Origin: an uncultured Oscillospiraceae bacterium
GTDB lineage: Bacteria > Bacillota > Clostridia > Oscillospirales > Oscillospiraceae
Assembly (NCBI GenBank): GCA_947625845.1
Contig: CANQQB010000002.1
Span: 9,122-73,121, forward strand
Reading direction: 5' to 3'
DNA: 64,000 nt
Part shown: positions 52,700 to 62,009 of the stretch, piece after piece
How positions within the stretch are numbered: position 1 is the first letter of the stretch
Layout: the number at the start of each line of letters is the position of its first letter
Position numbers and translations under genes: made by a program
The notes under the pieces: generated by a model
Database searches by the model: none
Told to the model about the DNA's origin: nothing
Seen by the model: the letters and a program-made list of their open reading frames with translations, nothing else

Positions 52700-55258
52700 A
52701 TGGGCGAGACGGCGAAAAAAATCATGGTCCTGGACGGCAACTCCATCGTCAACCGGGCGTTTTTCGGCATCCGCATGCTCAACGCCCCGGACGGCACGCC
52801 TACCAACGGCGTGTACGGCTTCATCGCCATCTTACAGCGGCTCTTGGAGCTGGAGACGCCGGAGGCGGTGTGCGTCACCTTCGACGTGCACGCGCCCACC
52901 TTCCGCCATCAGATGAGCGCGGACTATAAGGCCCAGAGGAAACCCATGCCGGAGGAGCTGCGGACCCAGATCCCGCTGCTCAAGGAGCTGCTGGACGCTA
53001 TGGGCATACGCCGGTACGAGCTGGCCGGGTGGGAGGCGGACGACCTGCTGGGGACCATGGCGGCGGTCTGCGAGCGCGCCGGGTGGGACTGCCGGCTGGT
53101 CACCGGCGACAAGGACGCCTTCCAGCTCATCACGGACACCACCCACGTGGTGCACATCAAGACCCGCATGGGCCAGACGGAGACCATCGAGTATGACCCG
53201 GCCCGGTTCCGGGACGAGTACGGCCTGGAGCCTGTGGGGATGGTGGATTTAAAGGCCCTGATGGGGGACAGCTCCGACAATATCCCCGGCGTGCCCGGTA
53301 TCGGGGAGAAGACGGCCCTGGACCTGCTGCACCGGTTCGGCAGCCTGGACGGGGTGTATCGAAACATCGGCGACGGGTCCATCAAGGCGGGGCAGAGGAA
53401 AAAACTGGAAGACGGCCTGGACAGCGCGCGGCTTTCCTATACGCTGGCCACCATACGCCGGGACGCGCCTATCGAGTTTGACCCGGCGGAGAATATCTGG
53501 CAGCTTCATGCCAGCGGGGCGCTGTACGACCTGTGCCGCCGGCTGGGGTTCGGCCGGTTCATCGAGCGCTGGGGCCTGACCCCGGATGATGACGCGCCGG
53601 AAAATGCCGCGCCGGGTTTGCCCCATGTGACCGGGGACGTACAGGCGGCGCTGGCGGCGGTCCGGGAGGCGGAGATCGTGGCCGTGGTGACCCATGACGG
53701 GCTGGACGGGGTGAGCCTGTGCGACGGGAAGACGGTGTACGACCTGGACTGGTCCAACGGCGGCGAGGAATACAACGAGCTGCTGCGGTGCGTGTTTTCC
53801 CCGGAAATAAAGAAGATCGGCCATCATATAAAAGAGCTGATGGTGCTGTTGCTGGCGGAGGGACTTTCTACGGAGGGCTTCCGGTTCGACACGGCTCTGG
53901 CCGGGTATTTGCTGGACGCGCTGGCGTCGGACTACGCGTTGGAAAAGCTGAGCATGCGGTACCTGGGCCGGGAGCTGACCGGAGCCGAGGCGGTGTACGC
54001 GCTGTACGCCGTGCTGCCGGGGAAGCTGGACGAGCTGGGCATGCATGAGCTTTATTACGAGATAGAGCTGCCCCTGTGTCCCGTGCTGGCGCAAATGGAG
54101 CGGACCGGGTTTCTGGCGGACAGGAAGGCGCTTTACGACTTCGGCCAGGAGCTGAGCGGGGGCATCGCGGACTTGCAGGAGCGGATATGGGACGCGGCGG
54201 GGTGCCAGTTCAACATCAACTCCCCCAAGCAGCTGGGGGAAGTGCTGTTCGAGCAGTTGAAGCTGCCCGGCGGCAAGCGGTACGCACGGGGCTGGAGCAC
54301 CAACGCGGACGTGCTGGACCGGCTGAAGGATAAGCACGCCATCGTGCCGCTGGTGCTGGAATACCGGGAGATGACCAAGCTCAAGAGCACCTATACCGAC
54401 GGGCTGCAAAAGGCCATCGGGCCGGACGGGCGCATCCACACCACGTTTCAAATGACCGTGACGGACACGGGACGGCTTTCCTCAAGGGACCCGAACCTGC
54501 AAAATATCCCCGTGCGGCGCGCTCTGGGCGCGGGCATCCGGCGCATGTTCGTGGCCGGACCGGGAAACGTGCTGGTGGACGCGGACTACAGCCAGATCGA
54601 ATTGCGGCTGCTGGCCCATATATCCGGGGACGAGACGATGCGGGAGGCGTTTTTGTCCGGGGAGGACATCCACGCCGTCACCGCCAGCCAGGTGTTCGGT
54701 CTGCCGCTGGAGCAGGTGACCCATGAGATACGGGGCCGGGCCAAGGCCGTGAACTTCGGCATCGTGTACGGCATCTCCGCCTTCTCCCTGGCGCAGGACA
54801 TCGGCGTGAGCCAGGCCGAGGCGAAGCAGTACATCGACGCGTATCTGGCCAAGTACCACGGCATCCGGGAATATATGCAGAGCACCATCGCCAGGGCCAA
54901 AGAGCGGGGCTATGTCTCCACCCTGTTCGGCCGGCGGCGGGCCATGCCGGAGCTCACGGCCTCCAGCTATAACCTGCGCTCCTTTGGGGAGCGGGTGGCA
55001 AGGAACATGCCCATCCAGGGCACGGCGGCGGACATTATAAAACTGGCCATGATCCGAGTGCACGCGAGGCTGGCGCGAGAGCTGCCGGAGGCAAAGCTGC
55101 TGTTGCAGGTACACGACGAGCTGATCGTGGAGTGCCCCCAGGCGCTGGCCGATAAGGCGGCGGGGATATTGAAGGAAGAGATGGAGAGCGCGGTGGAGTA
55201 TAGCGTGCCGCTGCTGGCGGAAACAGGTACTGGCAAGAGTTGGGCCGACGCGCACTAA
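52700..55258 (+). CDS. polA: DNA polymerase I
   Basis: 5'-nuclease domain IMVLDGNSIVNRAFFG...GDKDAFQL...LMGDSSDNIPGVPGIGEKTA. Polymerase motifs DYSQIELRLLAH, RRAKAVNFGIVYG and QVHDELIVE. Confidence 0.93.
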   Translation: MGETAKKIMVLDGNSIVNRAFFGIRMLNAPDGTPTNGVYGFIAILQRLLELETPEAVCVTFDVHAPTFRHQMSADYKAQRKPMPEELRTQIPLLKELLDAMGIRRYELAGWEADDLLGTMAAVCERAGWDCRLVTGDKDAFQLITDTTHVVHIKTRMGQTETIEYDPARFRDEYGLEPVGMVDLKALMGDSSDNIPGVPGIGEKTALDLLHRFGSLDGVYRNIGDGSIKAGQRKKLEDGLDSARLSYTLATIRRDAPIEFDPAENIWQLHASGALYDLCRRLGFGRFIERWGLTPDDDAPENAAPGLPHVTGDVQAALAAVREAEIVAVVTHDGLDGVSLCDGKTVYDLDWSNGGEEYNELLRCVFSPEIKKIGHHIKELMVLLLAEGLSTEGFRFDTALAGYLLDALASDYALEKLSMRYLGRELTGAEAVYALYAVLPGKLDELGMHELYYEIELPLCPVLAQMERTGFLADRKALYDFGQELSGGIADLQERIWDAAGCQFNINSPKQLGEVLFEQLKLPGGKRYARGWSTNADVLDRLKDKHAIVPLVLEYREMTKLKSTYTDGLQKAIGPDGRIHTTFQMTVTDTGRLSSRDPNLQNIPVRRALGAGIRRMFVAGPGNVLVDADYSQIELRLLAHISGDETMREAFLSGEDIHAVTASQVFGLPLEQVTHEIRGRAKAVNFGIVYGISAFSLAQDIGVSQAEAKQYIDAYLAKYHGIREYMQSTIARAKERGYVSTLFGRRRAMPELTASSYNLRSFGERVARNMPIQGTAADIIKLAMIRVHARLARELPEAKLLLQVHDELIVECPQALADKAAGILKEEMESAVEYSVPLLAETGTGKSWADAH

Positions 55259-55510
55259 GGGAGAGACGCCTTTTTCGGGAGCGCAGCGTAAGCCGCGAGG
55301 TCAGGAGAGATACTAAAGTTTTCTCTCCCCCAGTCAGCTTCGCTGACAGCCCCCTCGTCAGAGGGGGCCGGCCCCGCAGGGCCGATTCGGGGGCGCAGCC
55401 CCCGCCTCCCTCTGACGAGGGAGGTGGCGCGGCGTAAGCCGCGACGGAAGGAGAGATATTTAAATCCTCTTCCTTATCGAAAGTTCCCTTGCACAGGGGC
55501 CGACGATAAT
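55259..55510. repeat. Extragenic repeat cluster, locus K (half arm + full TGAC-type palindrome + arm)
   Basis: It starts immediately after the polA stop (GGGAGAGACGCC...). The full unit 55321-55466 reads TTCTCTCCCCCAGTCAGCTTCGCTGAC...GCGCGGCGTAAGCCGCGACGGAAGGAGAGATATTTAAATCC. CCCTTGCACAGGGGCCGACGATAAT follows. Confidence 0.88.
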
Positions 55511-55564
55511 GTGCGGCTGCGGCGCGTGTCTTTCCACAAGTGCACTTTGCGGGTACGGGACGAG

Positions 55565-56146
55565 ATGAAACTTCTTCTGACAGGATTTGAGCCGTTCGGC
55601 GGGCAGACGGTCAACCCCTCCTGGGAGGCCGTGCGCCTGCTGCCGGCGCGGACGGAGGGCGTGGAGCTGGTGAAGCTGCTGGTGCCCACCAGCTTTGCCG
55701 GGTCCGTGGCCGCGCTGCGCCGGGCTCTGGACCGGGAGCGGCCGGAGGCCGTGCTGTGCCTGGGTCAGGCCGGGGGCCGGGAGGGCCTGACGCCGGAGCG
55801 GGTGGCCATCAATGTGCTGGACGCGGCCATTCCCGACAACGACGGCGCCAAGCCCATGGACGTGCCCATCGTGCCGGACGGGCCGGCGGCCTATTTCGCC
55901 ACCCTGCCCGTGAAGGCGATGGCGGAGGCCATCCGGGCTGCGGGTGTGCCGGCCGGCGTGTCCAACACCGCGGGGACGTTCGTGTGCAACCATTTGATGT
56001 ACTCTCTGCTGCATATACTGGCTACCGAGCGGCCCGGCGTGCGGGGCGGGTTCATGCACGTGCCCTACATGCCCGGCCAGGGCACGCCATGTCTGCCGTT
56101 GGAGGGTATAGCAAAAGGTTTGATCGAGGCGATAAAGGCAATATGA
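55565..56146 (+). CDS. pcp: Pyroglutamyl-peptidase I
   Basis: MKLLLTGFEPFGGQTVNPSWEAV...SNTAGTFVCNHLMY...HVPY. This includes the Glu-Cys-His catalytic context. Confidence 0.9.
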   Translation: MKLLLTGFEPFGGQTVNPSWEAVRLLPARTEGVELVKLLVPTSFAGSVAALRRALDRERPEAVLCLGQAGGREGLTPERVAINVLDAAIPDNDGAKPMDVPIVPDGPAAYFATLPVKAMAEAIRAAGVPAGVSNTAGTFVCNHLMYSLLHILATERPGVRGGFMHVPYMPGQGTPCLPLEGIAKGLIEAIKAI

Positions 56147-56568
56147 TCATCCGCGAGGCGAGACAAGAGGATATACCGGCGGTGGCGGCGCTGGAGGCCG
56201 TGTGCTTCCCCGAGGAGCCCTGGCCGGAGCGGCTGTTTGCCCAGGCGACCGAGCGGCTTCTGGTGGCCGTGGAGGACGGGACCGTGCTGGGCTACGCGGT
56301 GCTGTTTTCCGTGCTGGACGAGGGCAGTCTGGACAATATCGCCGTGGCCCCGGACCACCGCCGCCAGGGCGTGGCCGACGCGCTGCTGGACGCGATGGTC
56401 CGGCGGGCGCGGGAAAAGGACCTGGCCTTTATCACGCTGGAGGTCCGACAGGGAAACCTGCCGGCCATTGCCCTGTACGAAAAGCACGGCTTTGCCCAGG
56501 CGGGACGACGGACCAATTATTATGAAAGACCGAGAGAGGACGCCATTTTGATGACGCTGGTGCTGTGA
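56143..56568 (+). CDS. rimI: Ribosomal-protein-alanine N-acetyltransferase
   Basis: MIIREARQEDIPAVAALEAVCFPEEPW...NIAVAPDHRRQGVADALLDAMV...ITLEVRQGNLPAIALYEKHGF...RTNYY. It lies immediately upstream of tsaD. ATGA overlap with pcp. Confidence 0.85.
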   Translation: MIIREARQEDIPAVAALEAVCFPEEPWPERLFAQATERLLVAVEDGTVLGYAVLFSVLDEGSLDNIAVAPDHRRQGVADALLDAMVRRAREKDLAFITLEVRQGNLPAIALYEKHGFAQAGRRTNYYERPREDAILMTLVL

Positions 56569-56571
56569 GAG

Positions 56572-57576
56572 ATGCTGATCTTATCTGTTGAATCCTCCTG
56601 CGACGAGACCGCCGTGGCGGTGGTGGAAAACGGCCGAAAAATATTGGCCGACGAGATATTCTCCCAGGTGGCGCTGCATGAGATATACGGCGGCGTGGTG
56701 CCGGAGATCGCGGCCAGAAGCCACCTGGAAGTGATAACCTATTTGGCGGACAGGGCGCTGGACAAGGCCGGGATATCCCGCCGGGAGATAGACGCCGTGG
56801 CGTGCACCTACGCGCCGGGGCTGATCGGCGCGGTGCTGGTGGGGGTGAACTTCGCCAAGAGCGCGGCGCTGGCGCTGGGGGTGCCGCTCATTCCCGTACA
56901 TCACATCCGGGGTCATATCGCGGCCAACTACCTGGCCTTTCCGGAGCTGGAGCCGCCGTTTCTGTGCCTGGCCATCTCCGGGGGCAATACCATGCTGGTA
57001 GACGTGCGGGACTATACGGACATGGCCGTACTGGGCCGTACCCGTGACGACGCGGCGGGCGAGTGCTTCGACAAGTCCGCGCGGGTGCTGGGCCTGGGCT
57101 ACCCCGGCGGCAAGCCTATCGACGAGCTGAGCAAACAGGGAGACGACCGGGCATACGACCTGCCAAGGCCGGCGGTACACGGGGATAACCCGTACGACAT
57201 GAGCTTTTCCGGGCTGAAGACCGCCGTGGTGAACATTGCCCACCACGCAGAGCAGACCGGCGAGGCGCTGGACAAGGCGGGGCTGGCGGCCAGTCTTTGC
57301 CGTGCGGTGAGCGAATCTCTGGTGGGACGGACCATGGACGCGGCGAAAGCGCTGGGGCAGACCCAAATCGCCGTGGCGGGGGGCGTGGCCGCCAACAGCC
57401 GCATCCGGGCTGACTTCGAGGCCGCCTGCGCAAAGGCGGGCAAAAAGCTCTTCGTGCCGCCTCTGCGCCTGTGCGGGGACAACGCCGCCATGATCGGCGC
57501 GCAGGGGTATTACGAGCTTCTGGCGGGCCACACCGCCGGCAGCGACCTGAACGCCTACGCCACAAAAGCGCTGTAA
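56572..57576 (+). CDS. tsaD: tRNA N6-adenosine threonylcarbamoyltransferase
   Basis: ILSVESSCDETAVAVV...GGVVPEIAARSHLE...HHIRGHI...ISGGNT...AGGVAAN. Confidence 0.93.
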   Translation: MLILSVESSCDETAVAVVENGRKILADEIFSQVALHEIYGGVVPEIAARSHLEVITYLADRALDKAGISRREIDAVACTYAPGLIGAVLVGVNFAKSAALALGVPLIPVHHIRGHIAANYLAFPELEPPFLCLAISGGNTMLVDVRDYTDMAVLGRTRDDAAGECFDKSARVLGLGYPGGKPIDELSKQGDDRAYDLPRPAVHGDNPYDMSFSGLKTAVVNIAHHAEQTGEALDKAGLAASLCRAVSESLVGRTMDAAKALGQTQIAVAGGVAANSRIRADFEAACAKAGKKLFVPPLRLCGDNAAMIGAQGYYELLAGHTAGSDLNAYATKAL

Positions 57577-57585
57577 AGGGACCGG

Positions 57586-58041
57586 ATGAAGCGATACGAG
57601 GCGTTTATCAGGGCCATTTGGCGGGTGTATCTGGTCTGGCTGTTCCTGTTCGTGGTGGTCAAGTTCCGGGGGTCCTTCGTGGAGCTGCGGGACCGGATGG
57701 CGCTGCCCCAGCAGTTTGCCCACTATAATCTCATACCCTTCGCCACCATACGGGTGCAGGTGCGGTTCATCTCCCGGGGGTGGGCATGGTTCAACCTGCT
57801 GGGCAACACCGTGTCCTTCGTGCCATTCGGGTTTCTGCTGCCGCTGGTGCGGGAAAAGGCGGACAGGCTGTGGAAGGTGCTGCTGGTCGGGCTGGGGACG
57901 GTGGCGCTCATCGAGCTTTTCCAGTACTTTACCCGGCTGGGGAGCCTGGACGTGGACGATCTCATCCTCAATATGGCGGGGATCGGCTTTGGATATTTTC
58001 TCATGCGGTGTTTTGCCCGGCCGGACCGGGAGACGCCGTAA
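57586..58041 (+). CDS. VanZ-family membrane protein
   Basis: NLIPFATI...NLLGNTVSFVPFGFLLPL...ALIELFQYFTRLGSLDVDDLILNMAGIGFGYFL. Confidence 0.8.
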   Translation: MKRYEAFIRAIWRVYLVWLFLFVVVKFRGSFVELRDRMALPQQFAHYNLIPFATIRVQVRFISRGWAWFNLLGNTVSFVPFGFLLPLVREKADRLWKVLLVGLGTVALIELFQYFTRLGSLDVDDLILNMAGIGFGYFLMRCFARPDRETP

Positions 58042-58055
58042 AAATGGAGCGAGCT

Positions 58056-58496
58056 ATGACAAAATTCACCCATTCGGAAGCGGAGACGGAGGCGCTGGGC
58101 GCGGCGTTCGCCGCAAAACTGCCCGCCGGGGCCGTGGTGGCCCTGTACGGGGACCTGGGCTGTGGCAAGACCGCCTTCGTCCGGGGGATGGCGCGGGGCA
58201 TGGGCCTGGACGAGCGGGAGGTCAACAGCCCCACCTTCACCATCGTCAACGAGTACGACGGCGGGGGCGGCGGGGAAAAACCCCTGTTCCACTTCGACAT
58301 GTACCGCCTGGCCAGCGCGGACGAGCTTTTCGACATCGGCTGGGAGGACTATCTCAGCCGGGGCGGCGTGTGCGCCGTGGAGTGGAGCGAGAACGTGCCC
58401 GGCGCGTTCGAGGGGGACGAATACGTGGTCCGATTCCGCAAATCGGGGGAGACGGACCGGGAGATAGAGCTCGAAGGGGGGCAGGAACTATGCTGA
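58056..58496 (+). CDS. tsaE: tRNA threonylcarbamoyladenosine biosynthesis ATPase TsaE
   Basis: VVALYGDLGCGKTAFVRGMARGMG....VNSPTFTIVNEY......HFDMYRL....E....G.EDY.....C.VEWSE. Confidence 0.9.
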   Translation: MTKFTHSEAETEALGAAFAAKLPAGAVVALYGDLGCGKTAFVRGMARGMGLDEREVNSPTFTIVNEYDGGGGGEKPLFHFDMYRLASADELFDIGWEDYLSRGGVCAVEWSENVPGAFEGDEYVVRFRKSGETDREIELEGGQELC

Positions 58497-59185
58497 TGCT
58501 GGCGCTGGAGAGCTCCGCCAAGGCCGCGTCCGCGGCGCTTTTCGAGGACGAAAAAATGCTGGCCCTGTCCCTGCAAAACAGCGGCCTGACCCACAGCCGG
58601 ACGCTGCTGCCCATGGCGGAGGATATGCTGCGCAATACGGAACGGAAGGTATCCGATTTAGACCTGGTGGCGGTGAGCCGGGGGCCGGGGTCCTTCACGG
58701 GCCTGCGTATCGGCCTTGCGGAGGCCAAGGGCCTGTGCTGGGCGCTGGAAATTCCGGCGGTGGGGGTGTCCACATTGGAGGCGATGGCATACGGCGGGCC
58801 GGTGCTGGACGGGCAGATGCTGTGCTGCTGCATGGATGCCCGGCGGGGCCAGGTGTACAACGCCCTGTTCACCGTGGAAGGCGGAAAACCCCGGCGGCTG
58901 ACGGAGGATAGGGCCATCTCCCTGGCGGAGCTGGAAAAAGAGCTGGCGGCGTCCCAGGAGCCGTGGATACTGCTTGGCGACGGGGCCCAACTGTGCTATA
59001 ATACTCTGGATAGGGAAAAGATCGCGCTGTTCATGGCGCCGGAGCCTCTGCGGGTGCAAAATGCCCGCGGCGTAGGCCTGGCGGCGCTGGGCAGGGAGCC
59101 GGTGAGCGCAAATGACCTGCTGCCCGCATACCTGCGCCTGAGCCAGGCGGAGCGGCAACGTATTGAAAAACTGGAAAACACATAA
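58490..59185 (+). CDS. tsaB: tRNA threonylcarbamoyladenosine biosynthesis protein TsaB
   Basis: [20 protein letters not shown]......[13 protein letters not shown]......[27 protein letters not shown]. It overlaps tsaE by 7 nt. The 489-aa track ORF 57716..59185 is this frame extended upstream through other genes. Confidence 0.88.
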   Translation: MLMLALESSAKAASAALFEDEKMLALSLQNSGLTHSRTLLPMAEDMLRNTERKVSDLDLVAVSRGPGSFTGLRIGLAEAKGLCWALEIPAVGVSTLEAMAYGGPVLDGQMLCCCMDARRGQVYNALFTVEGGKPRRLTEDRAISLAELEKELAASQEPWILLGDGAQLCYNTLDREKIALFMAPEPLRVQNARGVGLAALGREPVSANDLLPAYLRLSQAERQRIEKLENT

Positions 59186-59213
59186 TAACTTCACACAAAG
59201 GAGAAGTAGAAAA

Positions 59214-59843
59214 ATGAGCAAGGTAATGGTATTCGACCACCCCCTCATTCAGCACAAGCTGTCCATCCTCCGGGACGAGCGGACCAGCGTCAAGGAGTTC
59301 CGGGAGCTGATCAGCGAGATCGCCGAGCTGATGTGCTACGAGGCGACCCGGAACCTGCCGCTGGAAGAGGTGCAGGTCAAGACCCCCGTGGGGATCGCCA
59401 CCTGCCACCGTATCGCCGGCAAGAAGCTGGCCGTGGTGCCCATTTTGCGGGCCGGCCTGGGCATGGTGGACGGCATGGTCGCCATGATGCCCAACGTGAA
59501 GGTGGGCCACGTGGGCCTTTACCGGGACCCGGAGACGCTGGAGCCGGTGAAGTACTACTTCAAGATGCCGCCTGATATCACCGAGCGGGACGTGATCGTG
59601 GTGGACCCCATGCTGGCCACCGGCGGCAGCGCCGTGGCGGCGGTGCAGTTTTTGAAGGACGAGGGCGTGAAGAACATCAAGTTCATGTGCATCATCGGCG
59701 CTCCCGAGGGCATTGCTGCCATGCAGAAGGCTCACCCGGACGTGGACATCTTCGTGGCCGGGCAGGACGAGAAGCTCAACGAGCACGGGTACATCGTCCC
59801 CGGCCTGGGTGACGCCGGCGACCGTATCTTCGGCACCAAGTGA
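59214..59843 (+). CDS. upp: Uracil phosphoribosyltransferase
   Basis: [36 protein letters not shown]...[11 protein letters not shown]...[17 protein letters not shown]. Confidence 0.95.
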   Translation: MSKVMVFDHPLIQHKLSILRDERTSVKEFRELISEIAELMCYEATRNLPLEEVQVKTPVGIATCHRIAGKKLAVVPILRAGLGMVDGMVAMMPNVKVGHVGLYRDPETLEPVKYYFKMPPDITERDVIVVDPMLATGGSAVAAVQFLKDEGVKNIKFMCIIGAPEGIAAMQKAHPDVDIFVAGQDEKLNEHGYIVPGLGDAGDRIFGTK

Positions 59844-59856
59844 CAATAAAAAAGCT

Positions 59857-59890
59857 TCACCGGCGGGAATTTCTCCCGCCGGTGATTTTT
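59857..59890. terminator. Bidirectional terminator between upp and htpG
   Basis: AAAAAAGCT-TCACCGGCGGGA-ATTTC-TCCCGCCGGTGA-TTTTTAT. 12-bp perfect stem. Confidence 0.7.
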
Positions 59891-59905
59891 ATGCGGTTTT
59901 GGCTT

Positions 59906-61813
59906 TTAGAACAGCTCGCACACAAGCTCCGTGTACGCCGCCGGGTCGTCCAGGGGAAGGCCGGCGATCAGCTGGGCCTGGGCCAGCAGGACCATGGAGA
60001 GCTTGGCGGCGCGGGACTTGTCCTCCCTGTACGCCTTTTCCAGCGCGGCGAAGGCCGGGTGGGAGCCGTTCAGCTCCAGCACCCGCTTGGCCTTGACCCG
60101 CTCCGCCTCGGGCACGCCGGGCAGGTTCTGGAAGTACTTCTCCATCTCCAGCGTGACCTCGCCCTCGGTGGTCAAAAACACCGGCTGGCTCTTGAGCTTG
60201 TGGGAAAGGCGCACCGTCTCCACCGTGCCGCCAAGGCTCTGCTTGACGAAATCCAGCAGCTCTTTGGACTGCTCCGCTTTTTCCTCGGTGTCCTTCTTTT
60301 CCTCGTCGCTCTCCAGACCCAGATCGTCGCTGGTCACGTTGCAAAATTCCTTCTCATTGTAGGCGTGCAGCAGCTGCATCACGAACTCGTCCACGCTGTC
60401 CGTCAGGCACAGCATGTCGTAGCCCGCCGCCTTCACCGTCTCCGCCTGAGGCAGGGCTGCCGCCCGCTTCTCCGTCTCGGCGCAGGCGTAGTAGATCTTC
60501 TTCTGGCCCTCCGGCATGGCGTCGGCGTACTCTTTGAGGCTGATGAGTTTTTCCTGCCCCACGCTGTGGAACATGAGAAGGTCCTTGAGCTGGTCCTTGT
60601 GCATGCCGTAATCGCCCACCACGCCGTACTTGAGCTGGGGTGCGAAGGCCTTGTAGAACGTCAGGTACTTCTCCCTGTCCTCGGCCATGAGCCGGGTCAG
60701 CTCCGCCTGTATCTTCTTCTCCAAATTGCCGGCGATGATCTTCAATTGCCGGTCGTGCTGCAAAAGCTCCCGGGAGATGTTCAGGCTCAGGTCCGGGGAG
60801 TCCACCACGCCCCGGACGAACCGGAAGTGCTCCGGCACCAGGTCCGGGCACTTGTCCATGATCATCACCCCGGAGGAATAGAGCTGCAAGCCCGGCTGAT
60901 AGTCCCGCGTGTAGTAGTCATAGGGGGCCTGTGCCGGGATGAAGAGCATGGCGCGGTAGCTGGTCAACCCCTCGGCGTTCACGCGTATCACCGCCACCGG
61001 GTCGGCGCTGTCGTGGAAGTGCTCCTTGTAATACGCCTTGCAGTCGTCGTCAGACGCCTCGGCCTTGGACCGCTGCCAGATGGGGACCATGGTGTTGACC
61101 ACCTGGTCCTCGGCGACGGTGTTATACGCGCCTTTGCCGTCCTCGCCGCCTTTTTCGTCCCACTCCCGGCGCTCCACCGTCATGTGGATGGGCCAGCGCA
61201 CGTAATCGGAGTACTTCTTCACCAGCTCCTTGAGCCGCCAGCTCTCCAGATACGTGCCGTAGTCCTCCTGGTCCGCGTCGGCCTTGATGTGCATGATCAC
61301 GTCCGTGCCTACGGAATCCTTGTCGCAGGCCGTGACGGTGTACCCGTCCGCGCCGGCGGATTCCCACTTCCAGCCCTGGTCCTCCCCAAAGGCCCGGCTC
61401 AGCACCGTCACCTTGTCGGAGACCATGAACGCGGAGTAAAACCCCACGCCGAACTGGCCGATCACGTCCACGTCCGCCGCCTTCTCGTCCTCAGCCAGGC
61501 TGTCCCGGAAAAGCCGGGTGCCGCTGGAGGCGATCACACCCAGGTTGCTCTCCAGCTCGTCCTTCGTCATGCCGATGCCGTTGTCCCGGACGGTCAGGGT
61601 CCGCGCGTCCTTGTCCGCGTCGATGCGGATGCAGAAATCCTCCCGGTTCATGCCCACCGTCTCGTCCGTCAGGGACTTGTAGCACAGCTTGTCGATGGCG
61701 TCGGAGGCGTTGGAGATGATCTCCCGGAGAAAAATCTCCTTGTGGGTGTAGATGGAGTTGATCATCAGGTCCAAAAGCCGCTTGGATTCCGCCTTGAACT
61801 GTTTCTTTGCCAT
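59906..61813 (-). CDS. htpG: Molecular chaperone HtpG (Hsp90)
   Basis: FKAESKRLLDLMINSIYTHKEIFLREIISNASDAIDKL...IGQFGVGFYSAFMV. 635 aa. Confidence 0.95.
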   Translation of the reverse strand: MAKKQFKAESKRLLDLMINSIYTHKEIFLREIISNASDAIDKLCYKSLTDETVGMNREDFCIRIDADKDARTLTVRDNGIGMTKDELESNLGVIASSGTRLFRDSLAEDEKAADVDVIGQFGVGFYSAFMVSDKVTVLSRAFGEDQGWKWESAGADGYTVTACDKDSVGTDVIMHIKADADQEDYGTYLESWRLKELVKKYSDYVRWPIHMTVERREWDEKGGEDGKGAYNTVAEDQVVNTMVPIWQRSKAEASDDDCKAYYKEHFHDSADPVAVIRVNAEGLTSYRAMLFIPAQAPYDYYTRDYQPGLQLYSSGVMIMDKCPDLVPEHFRFVRGVVDSPDLSLNISRELLQHDRQLKIIAGNLEKKIQAELTRLMAEDREKYLTFYKAFAPQLKYGVVGDYGMHKDQLKDLLMFHSVGQEKLISLKEYADAMPEGQKKIYYACAETEKRAAALPQAETVKAAGYDMLCLTDSVDEFVMQLLHAYNEKEFCNVTSDDLGLESDEEKKDTEEKAEQSKELLDFVKQSLGGTVETVRLSHKLKSQPVFLTTEGEVTLEMEKYFQNLPGVPEAERVKAKRVLELNGSHPAFAALEKAYREDKSRAAKLSMVLLAQAQLIAGLPLDDPAAYTELVCELF

Positions 61814-61841
61814 AAGTAAAAATGCGCTTCCTTTCTTGGGT

Positions 61842-61868
61842 TTGGCACTCTTGGTCTTTGAGTGCTAA
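61842..61868 (-). promoter_or_regulatory. CIRCE operator (HrcA binding site)
   Basis: Minus strand: TTAGCACTC-AAAGACCAA-GAGTGCCAA. The consensus is TTAGCACTC-N9-GAGTGCTAA, so there is one mismatch. It lies between the promoter and the htpG start. Confidence 0.8.
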
Positions 61869-61895
61869 TTTAGCACATTCCCAGGCCGTTGTCAA
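61867..61895 (-). promoter_or_regulatory. Sigma-A promoter of htpG
   Basis: Minus strand: TTGACA (61895-61890), 17-nt spacer, TAAATT (61872-61867), overlapping the CIRCE left arm. Confidence 0.6.
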
Positions 61896-62009
61896 GCCCA
61901 TTACAAGTGGTTACAAATCTTTATTTCCCCTTTACAATCCCGACGGTCGATGGATATAATAATTTTGAATTTACATAATATTGCAGATGAGACTTTATGG
62001 AGGTGGACC

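Noticed and set aside
53249-61819. ORFs 53249..54451(-), 56581..57723(-), 59031..59846(-), 59840..61819(+), 61995..62861(-) and the 489-aa ORF 57716..59185(+)
   Set aside because: They are antisense or out-of-frame to polA, tsaD, upp, htpG and the lipoprotein gene. For 57716..59185, only the last 231 codons (from ATG 58490) are TsaB. The upstream part is an open-frame run through vanZ and tsaE.
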